Origin: Callorhinchus milii
Taxonomy: Eukaryota
Length of the DNA: 64,000 nucleotides
Assembly: GCF_018977255.1 (NCBI RefSeq)
Contig: NW_024704743.1
Coordinates: 32,242,001-32,306,000, forward strand
Direction of reading: 5' to 3'
Made by a program: the position numbers and the translations under genes. Within the stretch, counting starts at the first letter, position 1, and each line of letters starts with the position of its first letter. This document shows, piece after piece, positions 38,806-51,600 of the stretch. The notes under the pieces were generated by a model. It was given only the letters and a program-made list of their open reading frames with translations, was not told where the DNA came from and did not search any database.

Positions 38806-41800
38806 GTGAGTACATGAAACAGGGGACGCATCAGAGTGAGGGGTAACATCAGAGTGTGGAAGGGTGGACTGGTCAGCGTCAGTGATAGGGGGGTGCTGGG
38901 TCAGAGTGGAGTGTGGGGACGGGTGCAGACTGCTTCAGAGGAGACATTAGATCAGACTTCAATTGTGTTTTGTGTGGATATGAGTGAAAGTAAGAGAGTG
39001 AGATAACTTGACGGCCCAGCTGGGTGGGCTTGCTAAACCGTGTTACCACAATAGAGTTAGGTTTAACACTGCTCGCCTCAGACCTCTAAATTAAAAAGAC
39101 ACTCTGTCAAAAGCACTGTGAAAACGTTTCCTTTACACACTGAGGTGCCTACAGAACCTTTTCTCTGCGCTCCCTCTTGCCCTTTTGACTATAAGGTTAG
39201 GTGAACAATGTTTGGAGAAGGTCACTCACGGTGCTTTCCCAGGGAAGCAAGCATATTCGGTTGTTAATGAGCTTCTTTTTCATATGTATTTATTATTTTC
39301 CTATGTAAATATTATTTCATATTTATATGGCGTGTGACTTTTTGTCATTTTTGGAGTATAATGTGCCCTTTCATGAGGGTAAGGGGTGACATTCTGTTGG
39401 AGTCACAACATTTGCAAAACAAAATATAAGATTGTGGTGATATTATAAAAAAATAACACACATATGGTTTGAGTGGGGGCAGCCAGAAAGCAGTCACACA
39501 GTCCAGGCAATCAGCAGGGAACCTTCAGTCATTGAAAGTTCAAACAGCGTCCATTTACTGTAGTGTGTTGCACAGAACGACTGGGACTCTCTCATACCAA
39601 GCCCACCACTATTGTTTGTTTTATTGAGAGAGAACTTGATTTAATTTGCCAGGTTGGCAGCGCAGTTTGTAAAAAGAACAATCAAATTGCTAACAGAGGG
39701 AATGAAAATGTCTGGCCCTTTTAATGAGATTCAATCATTTTAAAAGGGAAATGAGGTTTGTTTTGTTTTTAAATTTATTTTTATAAAACTGTTATGAAAT
39801 ACGACTTTGTAACAGATTGATTGATGTAATCAGGCAGGACTCTGCACCACACAGCATATTTTTCTAAACATTTAGCCCTTTCCAATGGATGGAGCGATCA
39901 AAAACATGTCCCAATAATCTTTTAATTCACATTCTTTAATTGTAATCAGATTTTTTTTAAAAAAAGACCACAATTTTAACTTTTAATGCTACCCTCTATT
40001 ATTTAATTTTTGAAATAGTTTTCAAACTTTTAACTTTGATTTTGAGGGGGCTGAGGTATGTGTATTGTGTGTGTGTGTGTGTGCACGCACGCACGCATGT
40101 TAAATTGACACAATTTGTAAAGAATTCCTTTTAGTCTCCACAGTAACTAAAAATGGAAAGGAACTTGGTAAATAACCAAACCATCAGCTATTTAGAGTTC
40201 TTCCATTCTCATATTTATGGCCAAGTCAGCAGGAAGTGCATTGGAATTCAAAGGCTGCAGAACATAGCAAACAGCTTGGAGGACACGTAAAGACAGAAGG
40301 AAATGTGTTTAAAAGACTGTGCAGTTCATTGCTAGGTTCAGATTGTAATAAAACTTTTTTTGTACTTCCAACGAAAATAAGTGGGGGACTATGTTCCAGT
40401 TTTATTTTAAGTGAACTTTAGGGTTCAGATACAATGTAATGCACTTTCAGTTATGGCATGCTAAGAAAGCTCAGTTTTCTAAACCAGTATCTTGAAGCTT
40501 CCGACACATCCCAGTATAATAAAACAATTTTCAGTTGTATAGCAACTTCCATGAAGAATAACATCCCCAAATTCTTTGCAAAGGGGATGTGGACCACCGA
40601 ACCGGGAGGGAATAATAATAATCCTTGCATTTGATATAGTATCTCATCATGTTGAGATGTTTCAAAGCGATTCACAGAATAGCAGTGTCCCACAAACCAT
40701 TGTGGATTGAGAGATCAAATTATTATTATTATTCAAAACATTTTTTTAAGGGATTATTACCCCCAGAAAGCAATCTGTCAATCGACTAACAACCAGGTTC
40801 CGTCTTACTGTTAGGTAAACAGAGGCGTGTGCAGTAAGGAAACTTGCCTAAAGTTTCCCTCTGCCCATGAATCAAACCTCTTGTTTACAAGGCGAGTGCT
40901 CTGACTAATACGCTACAGGACTTCACAAGGAGAAGGAAGTTGAAAAGGTGGCCAAAGGCATCATTTAAAAAAAGAAGGGATTTGAAGAACGAGGGAAGTC
41001 CCAAAACAAGGGGATTTTGGGAGAACATACCAAAGTATGGGGACAGAGTGGCTGAAAGTCCACCTACAATTGGTAGGAGAGAGGAATGGTGAGGAATGAG
41101 CAGGAGACTAGTGGATGAAGCAGAGATATAATGAAAATCCTTGTTATCACAAGTTGGCAATAGTAAGCATGGCCTGTAGTGGCTCACTTACTTTTCTTCC
41201 CAGATATTGATAAATCCTAGTGAGCACATAGCTCAGCGTGCACTGCAGCAAAAGTACTGTTGCTGGCCTCACACAGAAGTCAGTAACTGAAATGCCTGAA
41301 GAGTAACTCATTGCGTGTTGGTAGTGATCTCATGCTACCATCAGCTTGTCAAAGTAGGCTTCATTCATTTCAGCAGGAATTGAGATGTGTTTAATAACAT
41401 TTGCTATTAGCTTGCCCAGGGAAAGATGACCAAATGCATGGTCAAAGAGGTAGGTAGGTTTTGGGATTAACCTTGAAGGAAATGAGGGAGGGAGCAAATC
41501 TTTCCACCTGGACTACACCACCCTCTTTTGATCACGTGAACATTTTGCAGTGTTCAGTGATGGCTCCCTGTACCACTAAATAAGCTGCAGGTTTGCTAGA
41601 GGAACCCCCACCTCCCAACCTGTCCTTCAGATCACAGAGTCCTACAGCACGTTGGTTAGATCACTCGCAAGCTGGGGAACTCTGGTTAGATTCCCAGCCA
41701 GAGCGAAATGTTAAGCAAATTTCCTTACTCCACAGCTCCTGTTTACCTAGCAGTAAATAGGATCATGGTTGTTAGTTAATTGGCGGATCACTTTCTATGT

Positions 41801-42999
41801 GGAAAGCATTGTGGCTGCTTGTGGTCTCTCCCAATGAACTGTGTCAAGTTCTATCATTATAATAATCCTTGTATTGATATAAAGCCTTATCACATCATTG
41901 AGATGTCTCAAAGCGCTTCATATAATAATATATTGTAAAGTAAGTTGACTGTGTATTCCGTGGATGAAACGTAGCCCACAAACTTGGGCTTTATCATGGA
42001 TTGAGTGACCTAATTTAAAAAAATATTTTTGAAGGCATTATTACTCCTGGAAAGTGATCTGCAAATCAACTAAAGACTGGGTTCCTACTTACTGCTAGTA
42101 AACAGAGGTGTGTGGAATAAGGAAACTTGACTAAGGTTACACCCCACCCGGGAATCAAACCTGGGTCCTCTCACTTGTGAGGCAAGCGAGAGGACCTGGA
42201 ACTCCATCATGTTAGATGTACAAGCATATCTCAAGATGGTATAAGATTTATGCATACACAATATGTTCTTTCAAAATTAGATTGTTACTTAGAATTAGTC
42301 CACTTTGCCCTCAGGTGAATTAAAAGGGTTTGCATTGTTTGTTTAAAAATATGTATTTTGTATCCTTATAAACTTTGCTGTTACGCAGCAAAACAAAATC
42401 AATTTGGTTACCACAAAACCTGTCCATGATTGGGTTTTTTTAGCAATTAATTCTATTGCTTTTTTACAATAGAATTAATGTCAGGAGGACATCTCAAAGT
42501 GCTTCACAGGATTTACAAGAACAACTTGCATTTATATGGAGCCCTTCATGCGGGATAGCGTTTTGCAGCTACCCCGCTCCAGAACACTGTCCTGTGTGAA
42601 GGGCGCTATATATTTGTTTACTGTAAAATGGGTGAATGCAGCAGCTAGTTTTATGCACGGCATTGTCTATGAACTAAATGATCAATTTTATTTGGGGGAT
42701 TGTTGGTTAGGACATCAGGAAAAACTCCCTTCTTTTTATGAATAGAGCCATGGGAGCTTTAACATCCACCTGAGATAATACAAAGATAGGATCAAACTTG
42801 GCTGCAATGCTCTCAACTCTTCCTTCTACTCCCTCCTATGGAGCCTGCTGACACTCAGTGTCAAAGTCACAGGTGAATAATGGTTGCTTGGCTGAGGTTC
42901 TGGAGGCTGGCTTGTGTCTGTGGAACAAGAAAGGGAGTCCAATATCTTGAGGAGGAGGAGAGGAAGGGGGATTGGCAAGAGGAAGACGGATCTAATTTT

Positions 43000-43203
43000 A
43001 ATTGGAAAAATACGGAGCCTGAAAGGGTAATGGAAGCAGATTTGATAGTAGCTTTCAAAAGCAAATTGGATAGGTACTTTAAAAAGGAAACATTTGAAGG
43101 GCTATGGAGTAAGAGCAGGGGAGTGGGACTAGTTGTATAGTTTCAAAGAGCTGGTACAGACACGATGGGTCAAATGGCTTCCTTCTGTGCTGCAAGAGTC
43201 TAT
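43000..43203 (+). mobile_element. CR1-type 3' end fragment
   Basis: Encodes PERVMEADLIVAFKSKLDRYF, followed by gatgggtcaaatggcttccttctgtgctg. Similar remnants occur near 24440-24612, 44720-44870, 47590-47760 and 50580-50740. Confidence 0.8.
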
Positions 43204-45546
43204 ATAGCACCAGTTGCCACTTAAAATGTGGGTGGACCGTTTGTCCCCACCCATCAGCTGAGACGTAGCATGCTGCAGGCAATGACAGTCACTGTGAACT
43301 CTAACTCTCCTGCTGACCTGGAAGAACACATGGCTGGAATGAGATGACGCAGGATCTCTTCCAATCGTAACAAAGATGTGTATTTCATAAATGACTTTGC
43401 TCAGTCTGCACTTGGATGGAACAAAAAAACATTTGCATAGAAAGTGATTCCAAGTTTTTGGGAGTTACCAATCAATGTCTCGACCCATGTGGGCTACATT
43501 AATCATATTTTTAACCAAACTTGATTTTTGTTATTTCTAATTGTAAATGGTAGCTTGGCACAAAGCTCTGCCAGATGTTTCACGTCTTTGTTACTGTTTT
43601 TAATCTTGACTCTGATGTCTTTTGATTAAATGCTCTGAGATGTTTCCCGAGTGAAGGGTGCTACATAAATGCAAATTGTCGTTGTGGTGGTGACCAAGTT
43701 ATTCGATATCCTGGATGTTGGATCCTTTTGGTGAACAAATTCCTCAGTAACTAGGAGTTGTTGAGCTAATGTCACTGACCATTTAGTTAACTTATTTCAA
43801 TGGCTGTTTTATAAAGGCCTTTTGAAATGTGGCATTAGATAGAGCAACTTAAAAGCAGGAAACTAATTTGTTCCAGATGTATCTTTTCTAAGACTATCCA
43901 ATTGCTTTTTTTTGGAAAAATATATGTGACCACTTTTTAACTTTACTGGCATTTTCCCTTAGGCAGCCTCTCACATATTCCCTACACTCTGTGTAAAGTA
44001 ACTAAATACCGTATAATTATTTATTTCTCTCCTCTTTTCTAAGCCTTTGCCCCCTTGTTGCAGAAATTGCGACAAGGCTGAACATTATAGCTGAGGTTAG
44101 CTATACTGCACTCAGACACTTAAACACTTCAACATGATTCTCCCTGATCCTTTTCCAGTGTGATTGTTCCTGGATATCCTTAGCCTCTCCTCACAGCTCA
44201 GCAGCCCAATTCAAGGCTCAGTTGTATTCTCTCAAGAATATCCCTTGTGTGGTAGAGTAACTAGACTTATAATCCTTGCATTTGATGTAGTGCTGCTCAC
44301 ATCTTCTAGACGTCTCAAAGTGCTTCACAGAATATGCTGTAAAGTGAATTGACTATATATTTGTGGGCGAAACGTGGCAGCCAATTGCACACAGCAGTTT
44401 CCCACAAACAGTCGTGGATTGAAAATGCCAAATTTATTATTGTTTTTGGTTTTTTGGAGGGATTATTATTAGGCGTGTGGAGTAAGGAAACTTGCCCAAG
44501 GTTTCGCCCTAGACTTGTTCAATAGTCCGAGTGGGACAGACCAGTGTTCTGCACAAGATCAGCACTACATCCTGTGACTTGTCTTCTAACCCCCTCAATT
44601 TAGACATCCTTTACTGTTGCCGCACACTGTACTGCAAGTGTCAGCAAGCTATTCATCTGCACCTGCCCCCTCCAGATCCTGTTCCAGCATAACATCCTGT
44701 GTTCTACCGCCATTAGGAGAATGTGGAACTGATAGTGATAATGTGGAACTCGCTGCCCAAAGTAGTGGTTGAATCAGATTGTGTAGATAATGCATTTAAG
44801 AGGAAGCTGGATATACACATGGGGGGGTGGGGGGGGTGGAATGGAAGGTATGGGAGTGAGTAAGGAATGGATGGAGATTTGTCATCTAAATACCCAGGCT
44901 AGCCAGATGCCTCTGCGTTTGCTCCAGTTGTTAGCCATCCACACCTGGTAAGGAGACTTTAAAAAAAAACTAGGATCCAGGTCTTTTTCCCCTTTAAATG
45001 AGCAGCTGCTGTTCTGAGATTTCCTAATTGCTTACCTACAATCGAGATATATTGAAGTCCACTTTACAAATGCAGATCAGTGTGCCTTAAATACTTAATG
45101 AATCTCCTTAAATAGGAGCACACTCGTTTTTCTAAATCGAATATTTTATTGTTCTTCCCTCTTTATTGTACGCAAAGACGTCATTTGGCAAATTTTTTAT
45201 TCCATTTTGAAACCTGTTGGGAAATTCAGCAATTTATAGCTCGGCAAGACTTGAGTTGGTAACAAAATAAATAAAAATCTGAATTTAATTTTGTTTCCAC
45301 ACTCCACATGCCTAATAATAATCCCTCAAGAAAAAAAGCAATAATAAATTGGTCACTTCAATTTACGACTGTTTGTGGGACACTACCTTGCGCAATTGGC
45401 TGCCGCGTTGCAAGAATTATTAATATTATTAAGGTTACATTTCTGGTTAGTTTAATGAGGTGTTTGCCTTTAAATAAAAATGGTGGCTAATGCACTTGAC
45501 CTTTGTCACCTTCTGAGTTAAATACTGCTGTCTCTGAGGTGGGTTC

Positions 45547-46000
45547 AACAACAACAGCAACAACAAGATTACATTTGTATAGCGCTTTTCATGTCGGGAG
45601 GACGTCCCAAGGCGCTGGAGAGTATACAGCATTTCAGCGGTGAGCTGGGGTCAGGGAGGGAGAAGGGAGGGGAGAGGAAGGGGGGTGGCCGATGGCATGG
45701 TCGAAGATGAGGGTCTAGAGGCGGGACTTGAAGAAGGCTAAGGAGGGGTCGAGGCAGAGTGATTGGGGGATGGAATTCCAGAGGTTGGGGGCAGAGTGGC
45801 TGAAGGGTCTCCCGCCAATGATGGGGTGGGTGGGTCGGGGGATGTGGAGCAGGCCGGAGCCGACTGAGCGGAGGGAGCGGGCGGGTTGGTAGGGGATTAG
45901 GAGGTTGCAGAGGTAGGGTGGGGCGAGGCCATTGAGGGCTTTGTAGGTGAGCACCAGGATCTTGAACTGGATCCTCTGAAGAATAGGGAGGCAAATGTAA
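45547..46000 (-). mobile_element. 5'-truncated L2 copy (RT C-terminus + 3' tail)
   Basis: Encodes LTYKALNGLAPPYL...GGRPFSHSAPNLWNSIP. Same 3' end and (TTG)n tail as the 58769-62383 element. Confidence 0.9.
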
Positions 46001-46816
46001 GGTAATTGTGGGTTCTCAACAACATTTCCAATCAGATTCCTGAATTAAGGAATCCAGAAGACTGAAAAAAATGGAATCCTGAAGTCTGTCTTTGCCAACT
46101 TGGGGGAACTGGCTCTTTAACACGTGCCTACTTTCAGAGCAGAGATCTCATGAGGCAGCCTGATGTGCTCCCCTCAGAGGAGGCTCTTGGATTACTCAAT
46201 TAAGGAATGTGAATTAATTTTGGAATGACCGCAATTAGATACAGTAACCTCTCAGTAGCAAAGTTGCTGACTTGTGTAGTCAACAACATTGTGCTGCCAT
46301 TGGGTGACTGCAGGCTAAATGGGATAAGGTACAACTTGTGCTGTGTTAGGGGTGGAAAAGAACTCCAAGTAATACGACACTTCAGTCTTGTGCTCCCATC
46401 TGGATTTGAGATCAGACAGAAATGTTGGCATTATTACAAAGCTACCTTCTGGTGGAAGAAAGCCTTGTCCTTATTTCACCTTTCCTATATAATGTGCCAG
46501 GGACACGTGTTTACTTTCGGTGGTTTTGGTTTGATGGTTATTATGTGTAGTGGGTGTCACTGTGGTACACTACATGGTGAAAATTGCTACATTTGCGCTA
46601 TACACTAGTCGAACAGTTTATTCCAAGGAAGACCCCTAACCCATTCAGGGTGTTCCTGCTCCATGTTGTACAACTTGTTTGGGCATCTAGGCAGGGACAT
46701 TCCTCTCAGTGCGTAATATGCAAAAATTATATTACAGGAACTTCTGATAGCTCATCAATCTAAAGGAAGAGGGCTCAGTGACGAGGTATCCGGAGTGAAG
46801 AGTTAGACATTGAACC

Positions 46817-46985
46817 ATAGAAACAGGAGTAGGCTATTCAGCCCCTAGAGCCTGTTCCGCCATTCTATAAGATCATGGCTGATCTTTACCTCAAATCCAA
46901 TTACCCGCCTTTACCCCATATCCCTTAATACTCTGACCTAACAAATATCTATCCACCTCAGACTTGAAGATGTGAATGGATCCAG
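46817..46985 (-). mobile_element. CR1-type 3' end fragment
   Basis: atagaaacaggagtaggctattcagcccctagagcctgttccgccattc..., homologous to 92-237. Confidence 0.85.
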
Positions 46986-47034
46986 CATGTGCTAATAAAT
47001 ACACAAATAAATGCAGATGAGAATTTTGATTGTA

Positions 47035-47094
47035 TGATAACTTGGGTAGCAGTGACAAGTTAACCCAGGGTCGAGTTATCGGGAGTTTACTGTA
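47035..47094 (-). mobile_element. Tc1/mariner-type MITE terminus; homologous fragment at 5844-5885(+)
   Basis: cgagttatcgggagtttactgta is close to the reverse complement of tacagtaaactcctgataacttg at 5844, with shared ggttaacttgtcact. Confidence 0.6.
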
Positions 47095-48471
47095 CATTGC
47101 TCGTGCCAGCAAGTGCAAGGATTTCTTTTAGTGTTGAGTGGTGTAGTTTTGCTTAGGTTGGACTCTGGTAAGATTTTTAGTGTGTGGGTGGTTGCTAAAA
47201 TCTCTTGAGTAAATAAACGGTTGTTCAAAAAGCATGCAGATGTTTGGTCAGACAGCGTAATGGAGATGAGTGCAAAACTGGGCCAGAAATTGTAGCTTAT
47301 TTGAATTGTATGGTTTTGATCTGGCTCAATCAGCCAAAATCAACTAATTTCTTTTATTTAAAAGACTGGGATCTTTTTATTATATAAATATACACACGCG
47401 TTTGCACACACAACTCACACACATATCCATACACACAATCATATGTGCTTACACAGTCACAACTCTGAATAGTAGACCTATTTATGTATACTTACACAAT
47501 AGAAATGCATGTGCGCGCACACTTAACTCTGAACATTGAAATGAGGCTGTGGCGTTTTGCCACCCTCTGTGAATGCGCCTCTGGTGCTGAGTGTATCAGC
47601 AATGTTGGAAGTGCCGATTCCTTCAAACACAGATTAGATAGATTTCTTTTAGGAAATAACATTATGGGATATAGTACTTGGGTAGGTCAGGACGTATGTG
47701 CATGCAACAGCCAGGAAGGCAGAAGGCGAACTAGATGGAACGTGGTCTTTTTTTCGTCTAGCATGTCACCCCTCACCCTCATGAAAGTTCACATTATACT
47801 TAGAAAATGTCGAAAAGTTTTTAACCTTTGTTCAAACACACGCCATATAATAATATGAAATAATATTTACATATGAAAATAATATATACAGATGAAACAG
47901 AAGCTCATCAACTGCCTGATATGTTCGCTTCCATGGGAAAGCCAGAGCTGCTGCAACAAAACCAGCCCAGCAACATGTTCAGTCCAGCCACATGAGTGTA
48001 ACTCATTTGAAGCCCTTTTTGTTTGAAAGCCCCAGTGCCTTCCGGGTTTTCCCTGTAAACAATGTGATGTGTGGTTTCTGGACACCCTATTCACTTAGTG
48101 CTGCTCCCACTCAGGCTCAGAGAGGAAATGCTCACAGGTGGGTAAACCACTGGGAGCAGAGGCTAGATATGGTGCAAGAGCTGCTCCTGGACACAACTCT
48201 TTGGTTCATCTTGTAGGTTGGCAGTAAAATGTACCTCAACAGCACCAATCAACTACCCGTAAATTTCTGTGAAATATGTCAAATTTCCCACAATTTTTGG
48301 CAAATATTTCCAAGTGAAACTATGATGCTCTTTCCTGCCCCGTTTCCTTCTCTTTCTTCCCACCTTCACCCCCACCAGCCCCCTCCCCACCCCACACACA
48401 CGCACAACCAGGCGCTGTCCATTGAACAGTTCTGAGACCTGATTGTGGGACTTGAATTTGTGGGTTATAAA

Positions 48472-48882
48472 CAGGGCCAATAGAAAATTGCGGAAATATT
48501 TGCCAAAAATTGTGGAAAATTTGACAAATTTCGCAGAAAATTGCGGGCTGTTGATTGGTGTTATTGCGGTACATTTTGCCGCCAACCTACATTTTTTTTC
48601 ACTTTATTGATTAAAAAAAACGAACATGAAGAAATAACCCATATTAGATTGTTGCACAGACAATCTCAACAGCAGTCCTCTGAGTGTAGCAAACACCAAT
48701 TCCCGCACCAGGCACGCGAGCCCAGAGCCCCTCCACCTAGAGTAGCGGCGCAGCCCACAATCGGACAGAGGCCGGGTGCCAGACACGTCATTTTTCTGGT
48801 AAAAATAGCATTTTTTGGTGGAGGGCGCTGTTTATAGCGGACTCCACAGAAAAATTGTGGCCGCACTTTTCTATTGGCTCAG
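48472..48882. mobile_element. Non-autonomous DNA transposon (MITE), hAT-like
   Basis: Imperfect 22-bp terminal inverted repeats (CAGGGCCAATAGAAAATTGCGG / CCGCACTTTTCTATTGGCTCAG). The 8-bp flanks gttataaa and gtcatgag match at 5 of 8 positions. CpG-rich interior, no coding capacity. Confidence 0.7.
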
Positions 48883-49059
48883 GTCATGAGTATTGATGTT
48901 GTTGCCAACTTTGTAAGACAAGAATTGGTAACAATTGCTGCACGAAAAAAGATTTGTTCTTTTGCACAAATGTTCACATATTGTTACACATGGTCTCACA
49001 TTGTTCTTGCATCTCAAAGGGCTTGACGCTATGACTATTTCAATCATGTTCTTTCCTAG

Positions 49060-49147
49060 GAGTCGCCATTCCCTGAAAGTGCGAGAGCACAAGGTCCTGG
49101 GCCCCTATGTAGATGGATTGTCACAGTTGGCTGTTACTGGGTTTGAG
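49060..49147 (+). CDS. KIF13A: KIF13A-like motor exon, SRHSLKVREHKVLGPYVDGLSQLAVTGFE
   Basis: cctag acceptor, gtaagt donor, 88 nt. Contains LKVREH...GPYV.GLS. Confidence 0.97.
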
Positions 49148-49162
49148 GTAAGTACAATACAA

Positions 49163-49425
49163 AATTACATTTGTAATTTCACATCCGGAGGACGTCCCAA
49201 GGCGCTGAACAGTAAGTGGTTAGGACTTGGTGGGGGGAGGTGGGGAGGAGGTTGGGATCAGGGAGGGTGGAGGGTAGAAGGGTAACCGAAGACCCGGTCG
49301 AAGAAGAAGGTCTTGAGGCGTGCCTTGAAGCAGGCAAGGGGAGGGGGCCAGGTGAAGCGAATGTGGAATAGAGTTCCAGAGGGTGGGGGCAGAGAGGCTG
49401 AAGACCCAACTGCTGATGCTGGGGT
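49163..49425 (-). mobile_element. 5'-truncated L2 copy immediately after an exon donor
   Basis: ggaggacgtcccaaggcgctg tail; encodes FSLSAPTLWNSIP and FKARLKTFFFDRVF. Confidence 0.85.
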
Positions 49426-49714
49426 GGGCTGGAAGGTGCATGTGTACGCCTGTATATGCGGCTCTGCGTGTGTGTGCGTGCACCTCCTTCCCGCATTCAT
49501 TCATGGCTCATTGTACCAGACTCTTATTTATGTGTAGGTCCAGAACCTACCAATTTTGTGTTAGTGTTTGTCTGGAGTTCATAGAACAGGAAGCAGTCTG
49601 ACCCATCGTGTCTGTGTTGGTGCTCTAATCTATTCTAATCCCATTCCTTGCTTTCTCCCCATTGTGTCTGTGCTTGTGCTCACTCCCCACAGAAGAAACA
49701 GCTTGACGCTGTAG

Positions 49715-50140
49715 TGTGTCAGCCTGACTCAATGATAGCACTCTCATTTCTTGTCAGAAGGTTATGGGCTCAAGTCCCACATCAGTTTGGAATCATAGTC
49801 TAAGATGGCATTCCAATGCAGTGCTGGGGTGTGTTGAATGGTCAGAGATGCCGTCCTTCAGATGAGATGTTAAACGGAGATCGTGTCTGCTTATTTAGAT
49901 GGATGTTAAAGATCCAATGGCACTATTCGAAAAGAGAAGGGAGTTTCTCCCAATATCCTGGCCAACAATCCCCCAAATAAAATTGATCACTGACTATTTG
50001 TAGGACATTGCTATGTGCAAACTAGCTGCCAAATTCCACCCACAAAATACAGTCAATCCATTTTACACATTTATCCTGTGAAGCACTTTGAAACGTCTCG
50101 ATGATTTGATAAGACCCTCTATCAAATGCAAAGATTATTT
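49715..50140 (+). mobile_element. Deu-domain SINE, near full length
   Basis: Same head, Deu core (agatgccgtccttcagatgagatgttaaac...aaagatccaatggcactatt) and tail as 5918-6334. Confidence 0.85.
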
Positions 50141-50214
50141 TAAATATTATGATTTGAAGTGGCTATAACAACATGTATTGCTTTTATCAATCAGACATGC
50201 TTACACTGGAGAAC

Positions 50215-50560
50215 TATAACAATACTTGTTCTAATATAGTGTCTTATCACATCATCAATGTCTCAAAGCACTTTACAGGATTTACTGTAAAGTGTAGCGA
50301 CTGCATATTTGTAGCCTGTGCATTTTTGTTGGTGAACACGGCAGCCAATTTGCACATATCAAATGCCCCACAAACAGTCATGATGTGAGTGACTAATTTT
50401 ATCTGGGAATTGTTGATTAGGAATCTGGAAGAAATTCCCTTTCCTTTTCAAGTCGTGTCATGGGATCTTTAATGCCCACTTGAACAAGCAGATGGGACCT
50501 TGGTTTAACATCTCACCTGAAGGATGGCACCTCCAACAATCCAACACTCAGCCTAGATTA
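50215..50560 (-). mobile_element. Deu-domain SINE, 5'-truncated, inverted relative to 49715-50140
   Basis: Reverse-complement Deu core (tgggatctttaatgcccacttgaacaagcagatgggaccttggtttaacatctcacc) and tail. Confidence 0.8.
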
Positions 50561-50780
50561 TGAAATCCCAAAAACATAGGCTCAGCAGAGTCCATTAATT
50601 CTTTTAAAAGAGAATTTGTTGTTTTAGAAAGGTATATTGAAGGACGTGAGGAGTGGGATTAGACTAGGTGGCCAGTGTGGAGAAGAACATTAGAGCAGAC
50701 TTGATGGGCCGAATTACCTGTTTCCATGCTGTAACATTCTGTGATTCTAATGCTTTATTTTGTTGCATTTTCTGTTGCAG

Positions 50781-50915
50781 GATATTGAGTCTCTGATGTC
50801 CGAAGGGAACAAATCTCGAACGGTTGCTGCCACCAACATGAATGAAGAAAGCAGCCGCTCCCACGCTGTGTTCAACATTATTTTAACTCAGACACTTTAT
50901 GATGTCCAAAGTAGT
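50781..50915 (+). CDS. KIF13A: KIF13A-like motor exon with switch [32 protein letters not shown]...
   Basis: ttgcag acceptor, gtaagt donor, 135 nt. Contains [11 protein letters not shown]. Confidence 0.97.
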
Positions 50916-51071
50916 GTAAGTGAGGCACCTGTTGACCATAAACACACACGCTGAGTCCAAGCCTTGAGTTTTGCTTGTTCGGTTTCCGCTTTTTTTGTTA
51001 TTGTAGGTTTAATGCTGATTTTGTTTTTATTTTTCTTTCCTTCCCCCTCCCCATATATATTATAAAAAAAG

Positions 51072-51184
51072 ACCTCCGGAGAAAAAGTGAGCAAGCTGAG
51101 CCTTGTGGACCTGGCTGGGAGTGAGAGGGTTTCGAAGACGGGAGCTGCAGGGGAACGACTGAAGGAAGGCAGCAACATTAACAA
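51072..51184 (+). CDS. KIF13A: KIF13A-like motor exon with switch [39 protein letters not shown]
   Basis: aaaaag acceptor (atypical, see findings), gtgagt donor, 113 nt. Contains LVDLAGSER and keeps frame with both neighbours. Confidence 0.95.
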
Positions 51185-51294
51185 GTGAGTTTTTTTAAAG
51201 AAAGAAAAGTAGAAATTCAGTCAAACTTTTCAACTTTTCTTGTAACCCATGCAAGTGGTTTTAGAAGTGAGCGCTACTATCTATCGGTAAGCTA

Positions 51295-51600
51295 ATAACA
51301 ACAATTTATATTTATATAGCATCTTTGATGTTGGGAAGACATCTCAAACCACTTCACACCGCTGACTGGGAGCCTGAGCTGGGGAAAGGTTGGGGGGCCG
51401 GGGCTGAGGACGGGAGGGCAAAGGTGGCCAAAAGCACAGTTGAAGATAGAGGTCTTAAAGAGGAGGGAGGCGAGGCAGAGGCCGAGACACTCGGGGTGGA
51501 GTTCTGGAAAGTGGGGTGAAGGGGGGAGATAGCGCCTGAACACTTGGCCGCTCATGGTAGGATGAAACGGGCAGAGGACGTGAAGTCAGCTGGTGTTTGC
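51295..51600 (-). mobile_element. Degenerate L2 3' fragment
   Basis: L2-type tail and FKTSIFNCAFGH similarity to the L2 ORF end. Confidence 0.7.
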
